Shown here: piece by piece, positions 13,104-25,678 of the stretch | How positions within the stretch are numbered: the first letter of the stretch is position 1 | Layout of the letters: every line of letters begins with the position of its first letter | Assembly: GCF_001194135.2 (NCBI RefSeq) | Contig: NC_069003.1 | Location: 18,797,189 to 18,861,188 of the forward strand | Source: Octopus bimaculoides | Taxonomy: Eukaryota | Direction of reading: 5' to 3' | DNA length: 64,000 nucleotides | The notes under the pieces: generated by a model | The model's database searches: none | Seen by the model: the letters and a program-made list of their open reading frames with translations, nothing else | What the model was told of the DNA's origin: nothing | Position numbers and translations under genes: made by a program

Positions 13104-14384
13104 GAAGACAAGCCTTGCCTGGAAGATCTGTAGAGCTCAATGAGGATGTTCTGCAAACTCTGGTGGAACAAAATCCCATTGTAACTATTGAGGAACTAGC
13201 AGAAAAGCTTGGATTTGGTCATTCAACATCTGTGTGCCATCGGAAAAATCACAAAATTGGGTCTAATTGCATGCAGAGAGTGAATGTGTGCTCTTCTTTT
13301 CTGTCACGTCTCACGGATGAACCTTTTTTGGACCAAATAGTGACTGGTGATGAGAAATGGGCTTTCTATAAATATGTCAAGTGCCGAAGACAGTGGTTAG
13401 GGAAAGGAGAAACACTGAGACCCCAGGCTAAAGAAAGTTTTTACCCATGTAAGGTGTTGTTGTCTGTTTGGTGGGGTATGAAAGGATTAGTTCACTTTGA
13501 ACTTTTAAACCCAGACCAACCAAAAGCAAAGGAGATCTACTGTGAGCAGCTTGAGTGGCTTAAGTCAGTGCTAGAAGGAAAATGACCATCTTTGGTTTCA
13601 AGACGAAAGGTGTTCCTCCATCAGGATAATGCTCAGCCACATACAGCAAGGATGAAATTCCAAAGGCTGGAGCAATTTGAATGGAATTGACAACTCACCC
13701 ACCATATTTGCCAGACACTGCCCCATCTGATTATCATTTATTCTGCAATCTTCAAAATTGTTTGAACAGAAAATATATGAATTCTGTAGGTGAGCTCAGA
13801 ACAGTACTGGAGGAATATTTTTCATTACAGACAAGTGAATTTTGGAAGAGGGACCTTGCATGTCCACTTAGATAGATGGAAGAGCATTGTAGAAAATGGA
13901 AAGAATGCTATATTAAATTTCTGAGTGAGATATAAACAGTAGCAATACGGAATCGTAGTGTATAATGGCCAACCAAGTGTGGTGTCCTATATGGGACAGT
14001 GCGACTGACATTTATAGCCCCAGGAAGACATCTCTTCCAGCTGGCTAACAACGTACCTTCTGTGTCCGATTAGTATTTGCGAGAGGTGGTCATCGCTCTC
14101 ATCTCTAGTCCATGTGTATCACATAAGGTTAGAGATGGGAGCAATAACCTCCCCTCACAAATACTAATTGGACACAGAATGTGCGTTGTTAGCCAGCTGG
14201 AAGTGATGTCTTCCTGGGACTATAAACATCTCTAGCACTGTCCCATATAGGATGCTACACTTGGTTGGCAATTATATGTTACGAAGGAGAGTATATTTTA
14301 GATTACAAAAGAACTTTGTTTATCTTAATTTTGAAAAATAAAAGAAGTATAAAAAAACTGCGTTATTTATGGGAGGACCCAACA
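13104..14384 (+). mobile_element. Mariner transposon 3' portion, split by an insertion (about 13899-14282)
   Basis: DQIVTGDEKW, VLLSVWWGMKG, HQDNA and HPPYLPDTAPSDYHLF motifs. The C-terminus EGEYILD resumes at 14283, followed by the TIR TTATTTATGGGAGGACCCAACA+TA. Confidence 0.9.
13961..14276. repeat. 316-bp near-perfect palindrome (fold-back element)
   Basis: Arms of about 156 bp, TATAATGGCCAACCAAGTGT... / ...ACACTTGGTTGGCAATTATA, with a loop of about 3 nt near 14118. Confidence 0.9.
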
Positions 14385-15269
14385 TATGTGTGTGTGTGTG
14401 AGTATATAATGTTCACACACACACCAAGCTTCACTGAAAGTGTTGTCAACTCTGGTTGTAGTAGGAAACACCATGGTGTTGCACTGTGGGACTGAACCTC
14501 AAAACCATGTGGTTGCAAAGCAAACTTCTTAACTACCAAGCCAAGCATGCAACAACTCTTACAGATCTATATTTATCTCCTTTCTATATTTCAATGCATT
14601 GTAGTAGACATCTTGTGTAATCCCCCACAACTATGGCCCTGTGGTTAAGATATTCGTATCACAATTACAAGGATTTCAGATCTGAGCCCATTTTAGTCAA
14701 ATGGATGAGATTCAAAACATCATCAGTCAGTGACTAATATTTTCTTCCCCTTACTACTTAATTATTTCTAATTAGCATATTTTAAGCAGTTTGATGCTTA
14801 AAATGTTTGCACACTGTAGCAATTATTATTCTGCTAGCATAACCTTGAGCCGACCCAGGCCTTGTGAAATAAATCGGTCGAGGATTTACTGTCTACTTTC
14901 TTTCCTTCCCATGAAGTTATCAGGAGCTTCTGTTGTGGCCCTTCTCTCTACTTAACTGTTTACTTTAGGCTTAGCCATTGTTTGCTTTTAAGTCTTTTGG
15001 GGTCAAGCATCTTTGGTAAATTTACTGTTGTTCTTTAGATCATCTGTTGCAACTTAATCCTTTCCCCCTTTCAAGACAAATTTCTCATTCCTCTTTTTCT
15101 AGTTTGTCCCCTTCACTTTAACTCATTTGCTAACATATTTTTGTTCCAAAAAAAAAAAAACTACATTTGTTTCAATTAATTTTGAAAATAATGAAAAATT
15201 TGGTAAAATAACTGTCTTTAGATTAAAGTGGGTGTTTGGAATGTAAATGAACTTGAAGTTTTGATCTTT

Positions 15270-15605
15270 TATCGTTTACTGGTTTCAGCCATTAGTCTGT
15301 GGTCATGCTGAGGCACCACCTTAAGGAATTTTAGTCAAACTCATGCCTATTTTCTTTTTAAGCCAGGTACTTATTCTATTGGTCTCTTTTACTGAACTCC
15401 TAAATTATGGGGACGTAAACACACCAACACCAGTTGTCAATCGGTGGTGGGAGGCAAACAGCTTCTTTCAGTTTCCTCATATCAAATCTACTCACAAGGC
15501 TTTGTTTGGCCCAAGGTTATAGTAAAAGGCACTTGCCTAAGGTGTCATGCAATAGAGCTGCATGTTGGCTAGGAAGCAAACTTCATACTACACAGCCACA
15601 CCTGC
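15270..15605 (-). mobile_element. SINE family A
   Basis: Both modules recognisable. Confidence 0.8.
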
Positions 15606-15809
15606 AGCTATGATAGAAGAATGTTTTACTTTAGGAAGTTTTAGGAAGTTTATATTATAGAACTAGGAGGCAATCCCATTTGTGTTACAGAACACATATA
15701 GACTGATGGTCATACAATATTTAACCTTTTGTTACTTTATTTCTGTTGAAATATGCTGACTTTGTTTCAATTAATTTCAAAAATAAGGAACAATTTTGTA
15801 AAATAACTT

Positions 15810-16623
15810 GGTACGTTTTGGTTATCTCACCCCCATTTAAAAAATTACCATTAAAAAATTGGATTACCTCTCCTCTAAAAAATTGAGTTTGTTTGGTGAC
15901 AAGAGATTGGATTAAAATTGTTAGATCCTTTTGATTCAGTACATCAACACATCGTTGACGTTTGGCTTCCTCAATAGGCATGGTGCTAGTTGTTATAAAA
16001 ATGTTATTAGATTCAATAAGATGATTAATTTTTTTCAGTTTTCCTGTTTATTAAGTTTTTTAGTTTTCTTGTTTATTAATTTTTTCAGTTATCGTGTTTA
16101 TTGATTTTTTTCATTCGGTGGCACGTGTAAAGACATTCGAGTGAGATCGTTGCCAGTGCCGCTGGACTGGCTCCTATGCAGGACATGAAACTCGGCTTGT
16201 GAAGACCTGTTGGGGCAAGCGAAAGCGAAATCGTGATGGCACCTGTGCCCAGCGTCGCCTTCCTGGCACGTCTAAAGACATTCGAGTGAGATCGTGCCAG
16301 TGCCGCTGGACTGGCTCCTGTGCAGGTGGCACGTAAAATACACCATTTTGAGCATGTCCATTGCCAGTACCACCTGACTGGCCTTCATGCCATTGGTATG
16401 TAAAAGCACCCACTACGCTCTCGGAGTGGTTGGCATTAGGAAGGGCATCCAGCTGTAGAAACTCTGCCAAATCAGATTGGAGCCTGCTGTTGCCAGCTGG
16501 TTCACCAGTCCTCAGTCAAATCGTCCAACCCATGCTAGCATGGAAAGCGGATGTTAAACGATGATGATGATGAGGGTTAAATAACCCATTTTTTTAATGG
16601 GGGTGAGATAACCAAAAAGTACC
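15810..16623. mobile_element. Non-autonomous DNA transposon with about 36-bp TIRs and 8-bp TSD (Merlin-like)
   Basis: Left GGTACGTTTTGGTTATCTCACCCCCATT; right reverse complement GGTACTTTTTGGTTATCTCACCCCCATT. Perfect TSD AATAACTT at 15802-15809 and 16624-16631. Merlin assignment is inferred from the GG termini plus the 8-bp TSD. Confidence 0.85.
16117..16572 (+). mobile_element. Young RTE 3'-UTR-type retroposon with internal duplication and (GAT)n tail
   Basis: CpG-rich; duplicated GGCACG..AAAGACATTCGAGTGAGATCG unit; ends GTTAAACGATGATGATGATGA. Confidence 0.8.
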
Positions 16624-16775
16624 AATAACTTTGTCATCATGAAATTTGGATGGAAGAATTTTTAATTTAGATCACTTAAAAATATGAAGTTTGTATCATC
16701 AAACCCAGAGTGACTTCAAGCAGTTTAGGATCAGAAGGGAAATAGTCTTGTTTAGCCCCAGAGTAATCCTAGTGG

Positions 16776-17002
16776 AACCTGTTAGCATTCAGATTACTCT
16801 GTCAAATGTAATGCTTATTTATTCACATTGTTTTCAATTAATCATGCATTATCTCACAGTTTCAAGATTTCCATGATGTGATTGTTTATTTTTAGAATGA
16901 CATTATAGGGTAGGTGTGAGAAGTTTGATCTAGTTGGTTTGAATGTAAAACAGGTAGAATATATTGGACCGAATATGGCTGGTTTGAATTCTGAAGGATT
17001 AA
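16776..17002. mobile_element. piggyBac-type MITE M1
   Basis: Body matches 19332-19549; TIRs decayed. Confidence 0.8.
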
Positions 17003-17965
17003 GACATTCTGGCTATAACCATTCCATCCTAGATTTCGGGGGTTTTTTCATTTTAAAAAAAAAAATATTTTATTGAATGTTGGAGTGTGATGGAGATTTT
17101 TAACTAAGATTTAACTGTTATTTTTAGAAAGTGAAGTGGTTCGTGTTCAGAGCTCCTAGTTGGCTTTTTTTTCTTTTACAAGTTGTATTGTGTTGCTAAG
17201 CCAGACAGCTGTGAATAAACATAAGGACTACAACTGAGTTAAGTGACTGACTTAAGTGAGATCCAGTACATCCTGATACACTGAACTTATCAGTAACTAT
17301 CTTTGAAAGACTTGTTAAAGTTTATTTCTTTCTCACTAGTTCTGAAGTACCCCTACACTATCAACTGTTAAATCTCTTATAACTGACTGTCAGATTTTTA
17401 ACTAACCAGTAAGGGTGAGAAAGAGGCGTAATCCTATGGCTTACTTTGACTTTCTGTTTATCTGATTTGTCATTGGGTTAATATGCCTTTCTTATGGCAG
17501 TAATATACCCAACCCCCACCTTTATTTTTCATTTTTATTGTCATTGATTTCAAAAACAAATAAAAAAAATTTCCAGTCCTCATTCTCTCTATCTCTCTCT
17601 CCCTCTCCATCTTTTAGTTGTTGTTGTTGTGTGGGTGTATGTGTATAGTTTGATGATGATGTCTTGCAAGCGCTTCATGTAAATGCAAGTGATTCTCTTT
17701 CAGAAGGTTTCAAAGTGAACAAAAATAATGCTTGCTTTGAAGAAGGTTAAAACTACAGAGCCTGGATAGATTACTTTAAGGTGGTAGCAGAGAAATGGTA
17801 CAGCTTTGTAAAAGTGGACAGGATGATAGAATTTTGAGTGGCAATTGGTTTATGGTCAAACCTGAGGCAGTGAAAGACCTCTGGCATATATTATATATTT
17901 AATATATATATGTGCATCGTTGACGATTTTCTTTCTCTGTCTTCCCTTCTTTGGAATTTTCCTAT

Positions 17966-18000
17966 ATCTCTGACGAAGATCTCTGATCGAAACGTTAAAT
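17966..18000 (+). ncRNA. Minimal type I hammerhead ribozyme motif (near-intact) in a repeat of about 220 bp
   Basis: ATCT-CTGACGA-A-GATC(TCT)GATC-GAAAC-GTT-AAAT: core and stem II present, palindromic stem III (ACGT), one mismatch in stem I. Confidence 0.6.
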
Positions 18001-19206
18001 CCTCTTTCTATTCTTTCCTTTCCTGAGCGTCCAATAATACTGTACTTATTCCATGTCCTCACGTTGTTTTTTCGTGTTTTTTCATGTTTTTTCTTGCTTG
18101 TTCATGTTGAAATTGACTAGAGAGAGAGAGAGGGTGAGACAGACAGACAGGGCCATAGAGAGAGGAACAGAAAGAGGAGGAAAATAAGTGACAAAGAGAA
18201 AACGAAAGTGGCAGGTCTATGTTAACTTGTGATAAAAATATCTTGGAAACCTCATGCACCTCACAACATCACACTTCTATTTTTCTTCCTTTATATATAC
18301 TCTGAGCTAGATGTTTTTCATTCTTCCTAAACAGTGTGGTATGGAGGAAACAGGACGACGGGTGGGGGTAGAGGGTTAGGTTTACTAGGACCTTCATTTA
18401 TCTTAACATCTTATTAACCATCGATGAGAAAAACACTAAACATCATATTTGTCAAAAGGAAAAGAAATTTTGGGTTTTTAAGATTAGTGTTGTGCGAGTG
18501 TGATGTGTTTTGTACTTGTGTGTATTGCGATGTGTGTGTTGTAGTGGTGGACACACACACACATATACACAAACCTTTTTAAATGCCTTTGTTTCTTAAA
18601 CAACAACAACAACAAAATATCACAATTCTGTTTCTTAGTAAAACACCAGTGTTCTTTCATTGTGATAAGGCTATGTAGGCCAGTCAGGGCAGTAATAGTT
18701 ATAAGGGTTGGAGTAGGAAGAAGAAGAAGAAGATGAAGCAGGGGTAGTGGTGGTGGGGCTGAGAGGAGAATTGGGGTATACGGGTGGGCTATACATCAAC
18801 AATCCTCCCCTACATATTTCAAGTGCCCCACCTGATGACAACGACCTATTTTCATGCTTCTTGGGAAATTAAATAGTGCACCTACCTCTATGCTTACTAA
18901 ATTCTTTTTCTTTTTCCTCCTTTTTTTTTTGTACACAGCATGTCCTTTCCTTGTCATCATCATCGCCATCATTATATGCGTTGAACTATTTCACTGTTTA
19001 CAAAATAGATAGTGGTAGTAATACTGCTATGTTGTGGTAACTAGCTGTCTCTGTTTAACCCTTTTCCCCAGTTTTACTTGGCTATATTTCCAATAAAATA
19101 CATACTATTTATATCCAACAGGGGCAGTTTTATTTTTCTCTTATCAACAGAGTTATATGGAGTTATTATTCATCATAAATTGAGCTGCTCCACTAAAAGA
19201 ATAATT

Positions 19207-19835
19207 TTACCCTTTTTAAACCTGCCTGAGAGTGCCTCTGGTTCTGTGACAGAAACTCGCTGTTTTAAAGTGATCTAAATTAAAACCTTCCAGCAAAAAT
19301 TGAAGTTGATTATGTTCTTAAGCCATCTTAACCCTTTAGCATTCAGATCATTCTGTCAAATGTAATGCTTATTTATTCAGATTGTTTTGAATCAATTTTG
19401 CATTATCTTGTGATTTAAGATTTCGATGATGTAATTGTATATTTTTAGAATGACATTGTAGAGTAGGTGTGAGAGGCCAGATCTGGCCATTTTGAACATA
19501 AAACAGGTGGAATATTTGGCCAGATATAAACAGTTTGAATGTGAAAGGGTTAATAATTGCAATGGGTTGGACTTTTTGACAGGAGCTGGCCAACCAGAGA
19601 GCTGTCCAGTCTCCATTTGTCTGTTTTGGCATGGTTTCTACATTTTGGATGCCCTTCACAATGCCAAAAGAGTTACAGTGATCTAAATCAAAACCTGTCA
19701 TCAAAATTTCACTTTAATTTATGATCTAAACACCAGCAATAATGACAAAGTTTTTATTAATAAATTCATTATTATTTTGAAAGTTATTTGAAACAAAGTT
19801 TGTGTTATTCCAACAGAGATATCCTAAAGGGTTAA
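19207..19835. mobile_element. MITE M2 cluster with a nested M1 and a SINE fragment
   Basis: M2 half (19207-19331), M1 insertion, RTE-UTR fragment (about 19560-19670), then a second M2 portion ending AAAGGG|TTAA. Confidence 0.7.
19332..19549. mobile_element. piggyBac-type MITE M1, complete
   Basis: TTAA|CCCTTTAGCATTC ... GAATGTGAAAGGG|TTAA. Confidence 0.9.
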
Positions 19836-20137
19836 TCCTCTGTGCTACACATATAATGTAGTACATTGTATGTTACACTAAACAAATCAGAAATATAGCA
19901 GAGGAGTCAGACCTAAAGATTAGGTTACAAACATTTTTGTAAAATGTTATGTTTATATAATTACTAAAGTGCTACCCGTCATATGAAACGGGTAATGTTG
20001 GAATATATTTTTGCTGCTGTGGATAATATCAAGTATTGTTACTTAAGCTCAGGAATGATAATTTCACTTTATTCAATTCTCATGCTGTTTATACAAAATA
20101 ATGAAATGAATACTATTTTGTTTTTTAAATAAAAATA

Positions 20138-20820
20138 TGGATCTTTTCAATTTTTTAATTAATTTTTTTAACTAAACACTTTGAAACTTCAGATACTGGT
20201 AGAATTTATCACATAGAACAGGGTTTACTCATAATGTTTTTGACAAAATTTTGTATTTTAGAAGTTATTTTGTGTTAAAGTTGTCGTATATGGGTAATTT
20301 TAACCAATCAATGATGTGTATTCAGTTGAAGAAAATTACTGCTACTGTTTGCGAACAACAACTTCCGGTTCCATTCCCCTAATAAAACCCTTCTTTAATA
20401 ACCAGAAATGTTTTTATAGCAACATAGGTTTGTTGTATCAGGGTTGATTTATTTTTCTTTTTGTTAGGAAGATTTGGTTGCTCTTTCTAGCAACTCAAGC
20501 GATCAGGTAAAGGCTCTCTTGTTGCCTCGTCTCATTCCCTTCGTCACTTGTTGTTTAGTCTCGAGTTGGATCTCATTGAACAGATCCGACCTATGTTGCT
20601 ATAAAAACATTTCTGTTATTAAAGTAGGGTTTTGTTAGGGGAGTGGACTCATGACAACTTTAACATGAAATAACTTCTAAAATACAAAATTTTGTAAAAA
20701 ACGTTAAGAGTAAACCCTGCTCTATGTGACACATTTTACTAGTATCCAAAGTTTCAAAGTGTTTGTTTAATTAAAAAAAAAATTAATTAAAAAATTTGAC
20801 TGTCAAATTGAAAAGATCCC
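20138..20820. mobile_element. Fold-back DNA element with long inverted arms
   Basis: Termini GGATCTTTTCAATT / AATTGAAAAGATCCC; outer arms about 20138-20305 / 20653-20820; inner arms 20371-20429 / 20589-20646. Confidence 0.8.
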
Positions 20821-21128
20821 AAAATGTTAAATCTTAAAAAAAAAAACTGAATAAAAAAAGTTTCTCATTTGTATATATCAATATGTATTTATTCAATCAA
20901 TATATTTATTATCAATAACAATATTACTGTTTAACTATCAATTAATTGCAGTTGTGTCATTAGTTGGTATTACCAACCAAAAATGTCATATAGCAAGTAT
21001 AGTAAGCAAGGGAGATAAATCAAAGACAATCAGAGTTTTCTCTCTTCAGAGGATGGGCAAACAGAGAGACGGAGACATACTGCCAATTATTTTAATTGTT
21101 GACATTCTGATGCTTCACAAAAACTCAT

Positions 21129-21309
21129 TTACCCTTTTAACCTGCCTTAAACAACCCCCTAGTTTTATGATAAAATTTTCCTGTTTAAAAATACCTTGCA
21201 TCAAAATTTCATGTTAATTTATGTTCCAAACACCAACTAAATTCATTATTTTTAAAATTAATTGAAACAAAGGCAGTGTATTTCAACAAAAGTATTGTAA
21301 CAAAAGGGG
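21129..21309. mobile_element. piggyBac-type MITE M2
   Basis: Ends GTAACAAAAGGGG|TTAA; body matches the other M2 copies. Confidence 0.8.
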
Positions 21310-21504
21310 TTAAGGGCTGCATACTGCCCAAGTGTTGCAGATTGCTTATGTCTGGTCTGGATGTTTTAAATATATTTCAAGAATTTAAATAGATTCAATA
21401 AAATAAGATTTCATTATGAAGATGATGCTTATAGAACATCACAAAAATGAAAATATACTTTTACATAAATGATGATAAAAGATTTAAACTTAAGCATGAA
21501 CTGT

Positions 21505-21700
21505 TTAACCGTTTCACTACCATACTTCTGTTTAAATACACTGCCTATGTTTCTATTGATTCTGAAAAATCTAGTAAAAGAATTTTGCTGCTATCGAGCT
21601 GGTGATAGGATTATAGATTGACATGAAATTTTCATGGAAGGTATTAATTTAGATCACTTTAAAACACAAAATGTTTGTTTAATGAAATCAGGGGCAGTCT
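21505..21700. mobile_element. piggyBac-type MITE M2, decayed
   Basis: TTAA|CC start; gacatgaaattttcatggaagg...tagatcactttaaaac core. Confidence 0.65.
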
Positions 21701-22309
21701 TTAGTAGATTGGTTTATATACATACATGCATATGCACACAATGGACTTCTTTCAGTTTTCATCTATCAAGTCCACTCACAAAGCTTTGTTGGATGAGGGC
21801 TATAGTAGAAGACACTTGCCCAAGGTTCCATGCAGTGGGACTGAACCAGGAACCATTTTGTTGGGAAGCAATCTTCTTACTACATGTCCAGCCCAAAATC
21901 TTTATCCTAATAAGTCTATAGATCCTCAGCAATATGTATTTCAATAATTAGATAAGCTGGTGGTGATTATCTCCCTCCACTCCAGGTATGGTTGTCCATT
22001 TACTTGTCTGTAAATCATGCTACCATTTAACAGATTTTATTTCAAATTCTGCTGGATGTTCACACCTGCTTTTCACCCAGTAAGTTTGGAGTGGGGAAAG
22101 ATTTGGTTTGGTTTAGGTTACACATATGGCCATAGAAAGGGTAATACAGGCAGTTTTTCTATTATAAAACTAAAAGAAGTGTTGTGAGGTGAGTTAGTAC
22201 CAAAAAGGTTAATAGATTCTGTTTGAAATAATGTCTCAAATTCCTGCAATTTTAGAGTGAAACAGCTTGGTTTAGTTGTTATAGTTCAAATATTTGGTTG
22301 TGTGATGGA

Positions 22310-22620
22310 GATTGCTTTACAACCACATGATTTGGGGTTTAGTCCCACTGTGTGGGCAAATGTCTTCTATCATAGCCGTGTGAGTGAATTTTATTGAAGG
22401 AAACTGTGTGGAAGCCTGTCGTGTGTGTAAGTGTACATATAGACATATGTGCATGTGTTTGACACGCCCATGACTTGATAACCAGTGTTTGTTTATGTTC
22501 CTGTGACTTAGCAGTCCAGCAAAAGTGACAGAATAAGTACCAGACTTTGAAAATATAAGTATTGTGGTCGATTTGTTTGACTAAGCTCTGCAGAGCAGTG
22601 CCCCTACATGGCTCCAATCT
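22310..22620 (+). mobile_element. SINE family A
   Basis: Head, (TG)n and 3' module present. Confidence 0.75.
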
Positions 22621-25600
22621 AATCTTATTTATACAAGTAAAAGAGTAAAAGGCCAGACTTAAGGCTAAATAATTACAATATATTTAACAGCTTGGCTGAG
22701 AGGGAAAACCAAGGTGCTGGAGCACCAGTCTAAATATTTTACTAAAGCATTTAGTTCCATTCCGTCCATCCCTTGAATTCTGCTTATATCTCACCCAGAA
22801 TTTAGAAAATACATTCCTGAACAAGGACATAAACAAACCCACATTGGTTGTGAAGCAGTGATGAAAAAACACATATACACACTCACACAATGGACTTCTT
22901 TCAGTTTCCATTTACCAAATCCACTCATTAAGCTTTGGTGGATCAGGGCTATAGTAGAAGACACTTGCCCAAGGTGCTATGCAGTGGGACTGAACCAGGA
23001 ACCATGAAATTGGGAAGCAATCTTCTTACTACATGTGTTAATACACTGGGTTTTTTCAGTTCATCACCCCTCTTTGCTTCTAAGTTTATGGTTCTCTTGT
23101 CAATGTCCAAAAAAATCAATATTATCATCAAATAATTGGGATAATCAGTCAGAAATTGTCTTTTATAAACCAAAGCTCAGGTCTTTTAGTTGTGATTGCT
23201 AGTTGGTAGATTCCAGTTATGTTATTGTTGAACCTCAGGTCAGCTCCAATCAAGCAAAGATCTTTGAACAAAGGCATTCCAACCATGACCATCCCATCAG
23301 ACAGTGTGTCAAGGACAATGTTATTCAAGCTTCCAATTCTGTGGTGACAGCCTCATTCTTAGACTGTCCCTATAGGCCCCTATCATCCTACATGATAGTT
23401 AACTTAGGCTATTTTGTCTAAGATTGTTATTGTCAGCCCCTTGTTAGTTAACCCCTTTTTATGCCAAAGTTGTCATGAAGGCAGCCCTTTTACCAGTTAC
23501 TCTGAATAAAGACTGACTGATGCAGGGAATAGAGGATTCTTTAGTTCTGCTGTAGTTTTTAATCATCTTTAGTCTCTAGTGCTGATGGTGCAATGAAATG
23601 TACCTGGTCCATACTGTAAATTGGTTAGCAATAGGAAGGGCATCAGCTGTGAAAAGCATCCCCCTTCTAAAAGATGAGAGGTAGAGTAGAAAGGACTTTA
23701 AAATCTCCTTGTAGATAAACCTTCTAGTACTGATGGTATGGTAAGATCCACACAGGTTGTAATACTGCAAAATGATTGCTGCTAGGGGGAGCATTCAGCT
23801 ATAAAAACTGTGACAGACAAAACAGCAGAACTGGATTGCTTTTCTCTTTTGTGTTCCTGATGATGCGTGTCTGACGAAAGCAGCAAGACCCATCCAAACC
23901 ATGCTGGTATGAAGAAAAAACACTGCTGTAAAATGATAATGATTCTAATTAGCGTTAGGCATTTATTTGGTCATTCTGCAATTTATGCTGTGTTGGCCCT
24001 TGACTCTTGAATAATGATCTCTAAGTTTGGTGCAAGGACACAGAAATTTATTAAAGAATAAGGAGAGGTGGGCATCTATAGAATTGATGCCAATGTATGA
24101 CTGGTATTGATTTTGTAATTCTGGCTAAATTTCAACTCCAGTTGTAAACCAAAATATGATGTTTTGTCTATGAAGTTGATTCTGATTAATAGGCAGAGAA
24201 TTGGCAGAATTGTTAGTGCTTTGGAGAGAACATTTTGTAATATTTGGTTCTGATTCTCTGCACTCGGAGTTCAAACCCCATCAAGAACAACTTCGCTTTT
24301 CACCTTTCCAGTATTGATAAAGTACCAGTCCAGTGTTGGAGTTGATTCTGTCTGCTTGTTTCTTTCTCTTTCTCTCTCCTCTGGAAGAAATCAGCTGTAT
24401 TCAGACCTGGGGCCTAAAGAACAGCAACAACACAGTCTGTCCTCTTAGGCAGGTCAAAGGATTGTGTCTTGCTCATATCTTTCATTTTTGGTTTGGTTTC
24501 TACAGTTGGATGCCCTTGCTATCAACAACCACTATACAGTGTATCATGGCATCAACATCAGTGAGGTTGCCTTGTGTAATCTGTAAGATAAAAAGTCCTC
24601 ACAACTCTATGATGTATTTGTTCACACATACATAGATGATTCATACTGCTGGTCACATTTGCTTGCTTTCTGCTGACTCTGGTTCATTTCCTGTTCACTC
24701 ATTCACTAATCTAGTTCCTGTTTCTCTACTCACTGAAGTAAACAAACATTAAATATTTTCTTTCTAAATATTGTGTATATAACCTTACAAAAATTTTCAA
24801 TAGCTTTGATACTTGAATGTAATCTGACTGTTGATGGATGTATGTTTAAATAATGTCAGCTACATTTTGCTAGAGTCATAGTTGCTATATATTAAATAGC
24901 TGAAACACTATATTTTAAAGTATGGTTTGTTCTGTCTTTTTTTTTTTTGATATACAAGTGTAGGCATGGCTGTGTGGTAAGAAGCTTGTTTCCCACCCAC
25001 ATGGTTCTAGGTTCAGTCCCACTGCATGGCACCTTCGGCAAGTGTTTTCTATTATGGCCTCGGGTTGACCATAGGCTGGAGTCTAATGACTGAAACAAGT
25101 AAAAGATAAAAGATATTAATAAATGATAAAACACATCCATTATAGTCCATAAAGTGATTGGTTTTAGGAAGGGCACCCAGCCATGGAAACCAGTCAAGTA
25201 CAAGCGAGATGTGATCTCATGACCCATTTAGGGTGGCAGTGACTTTAAATAAGAACCTATCCAAACCATGACAACCTGTCCAATCCCAATGCTAGCATGG
25301 AAAATGGAAAGCAGATATGATGATATTGATGATGATGATTACGACAACCATGAAATGTTCACACATTATTCATGGGATTGCCATCTGATTGCACCTTAAT
25401 CATTTCCCATGAAATGATTTATAATTCAGAAGTTTTTAGGATAATGATAATATGGAAGGAAGATAAGGCAGACTGAACCAGCCAACACCAACCAACCTTG
25501 CTACTTAGTATTCATCATGTTACAGCAACTACAAGTGAGATAAAATGATAAATATAACACTGCCATCATTTGATAGTAGGTACTCTTGGGAACTTGTATC

Positions 25601-25678
25601 GGTTTACTGTTGATAAATTTATCTTTTCAGTTGTTCTTTGTTCATTTTATAAACTTTTTCACAAAATGTATTTTATAC

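Larger units (their letters stand above)
15721..16739. mobile_element. piggyBac-type MITE M2 interrupted by an 814-bp insertion
   Basis: TTAA|CCTTTTGTTAC start; the M2 body resumes at 16624 and ends ...cagaaggg. Confidence 0.75.

Noticed and set aside
15721-15981. 86-aa ORF MPIEEAKRQR... within the Merlin-like element
   Set aside because: No recognisable transposase motif, and it runs out through the TIR into the host MITE.
23857-23885. CTGATGA...GAAA motif
   Set aside because: No stem II pairing and no cleavage triplet with stem I; lies in a decayed retroposon UTR.
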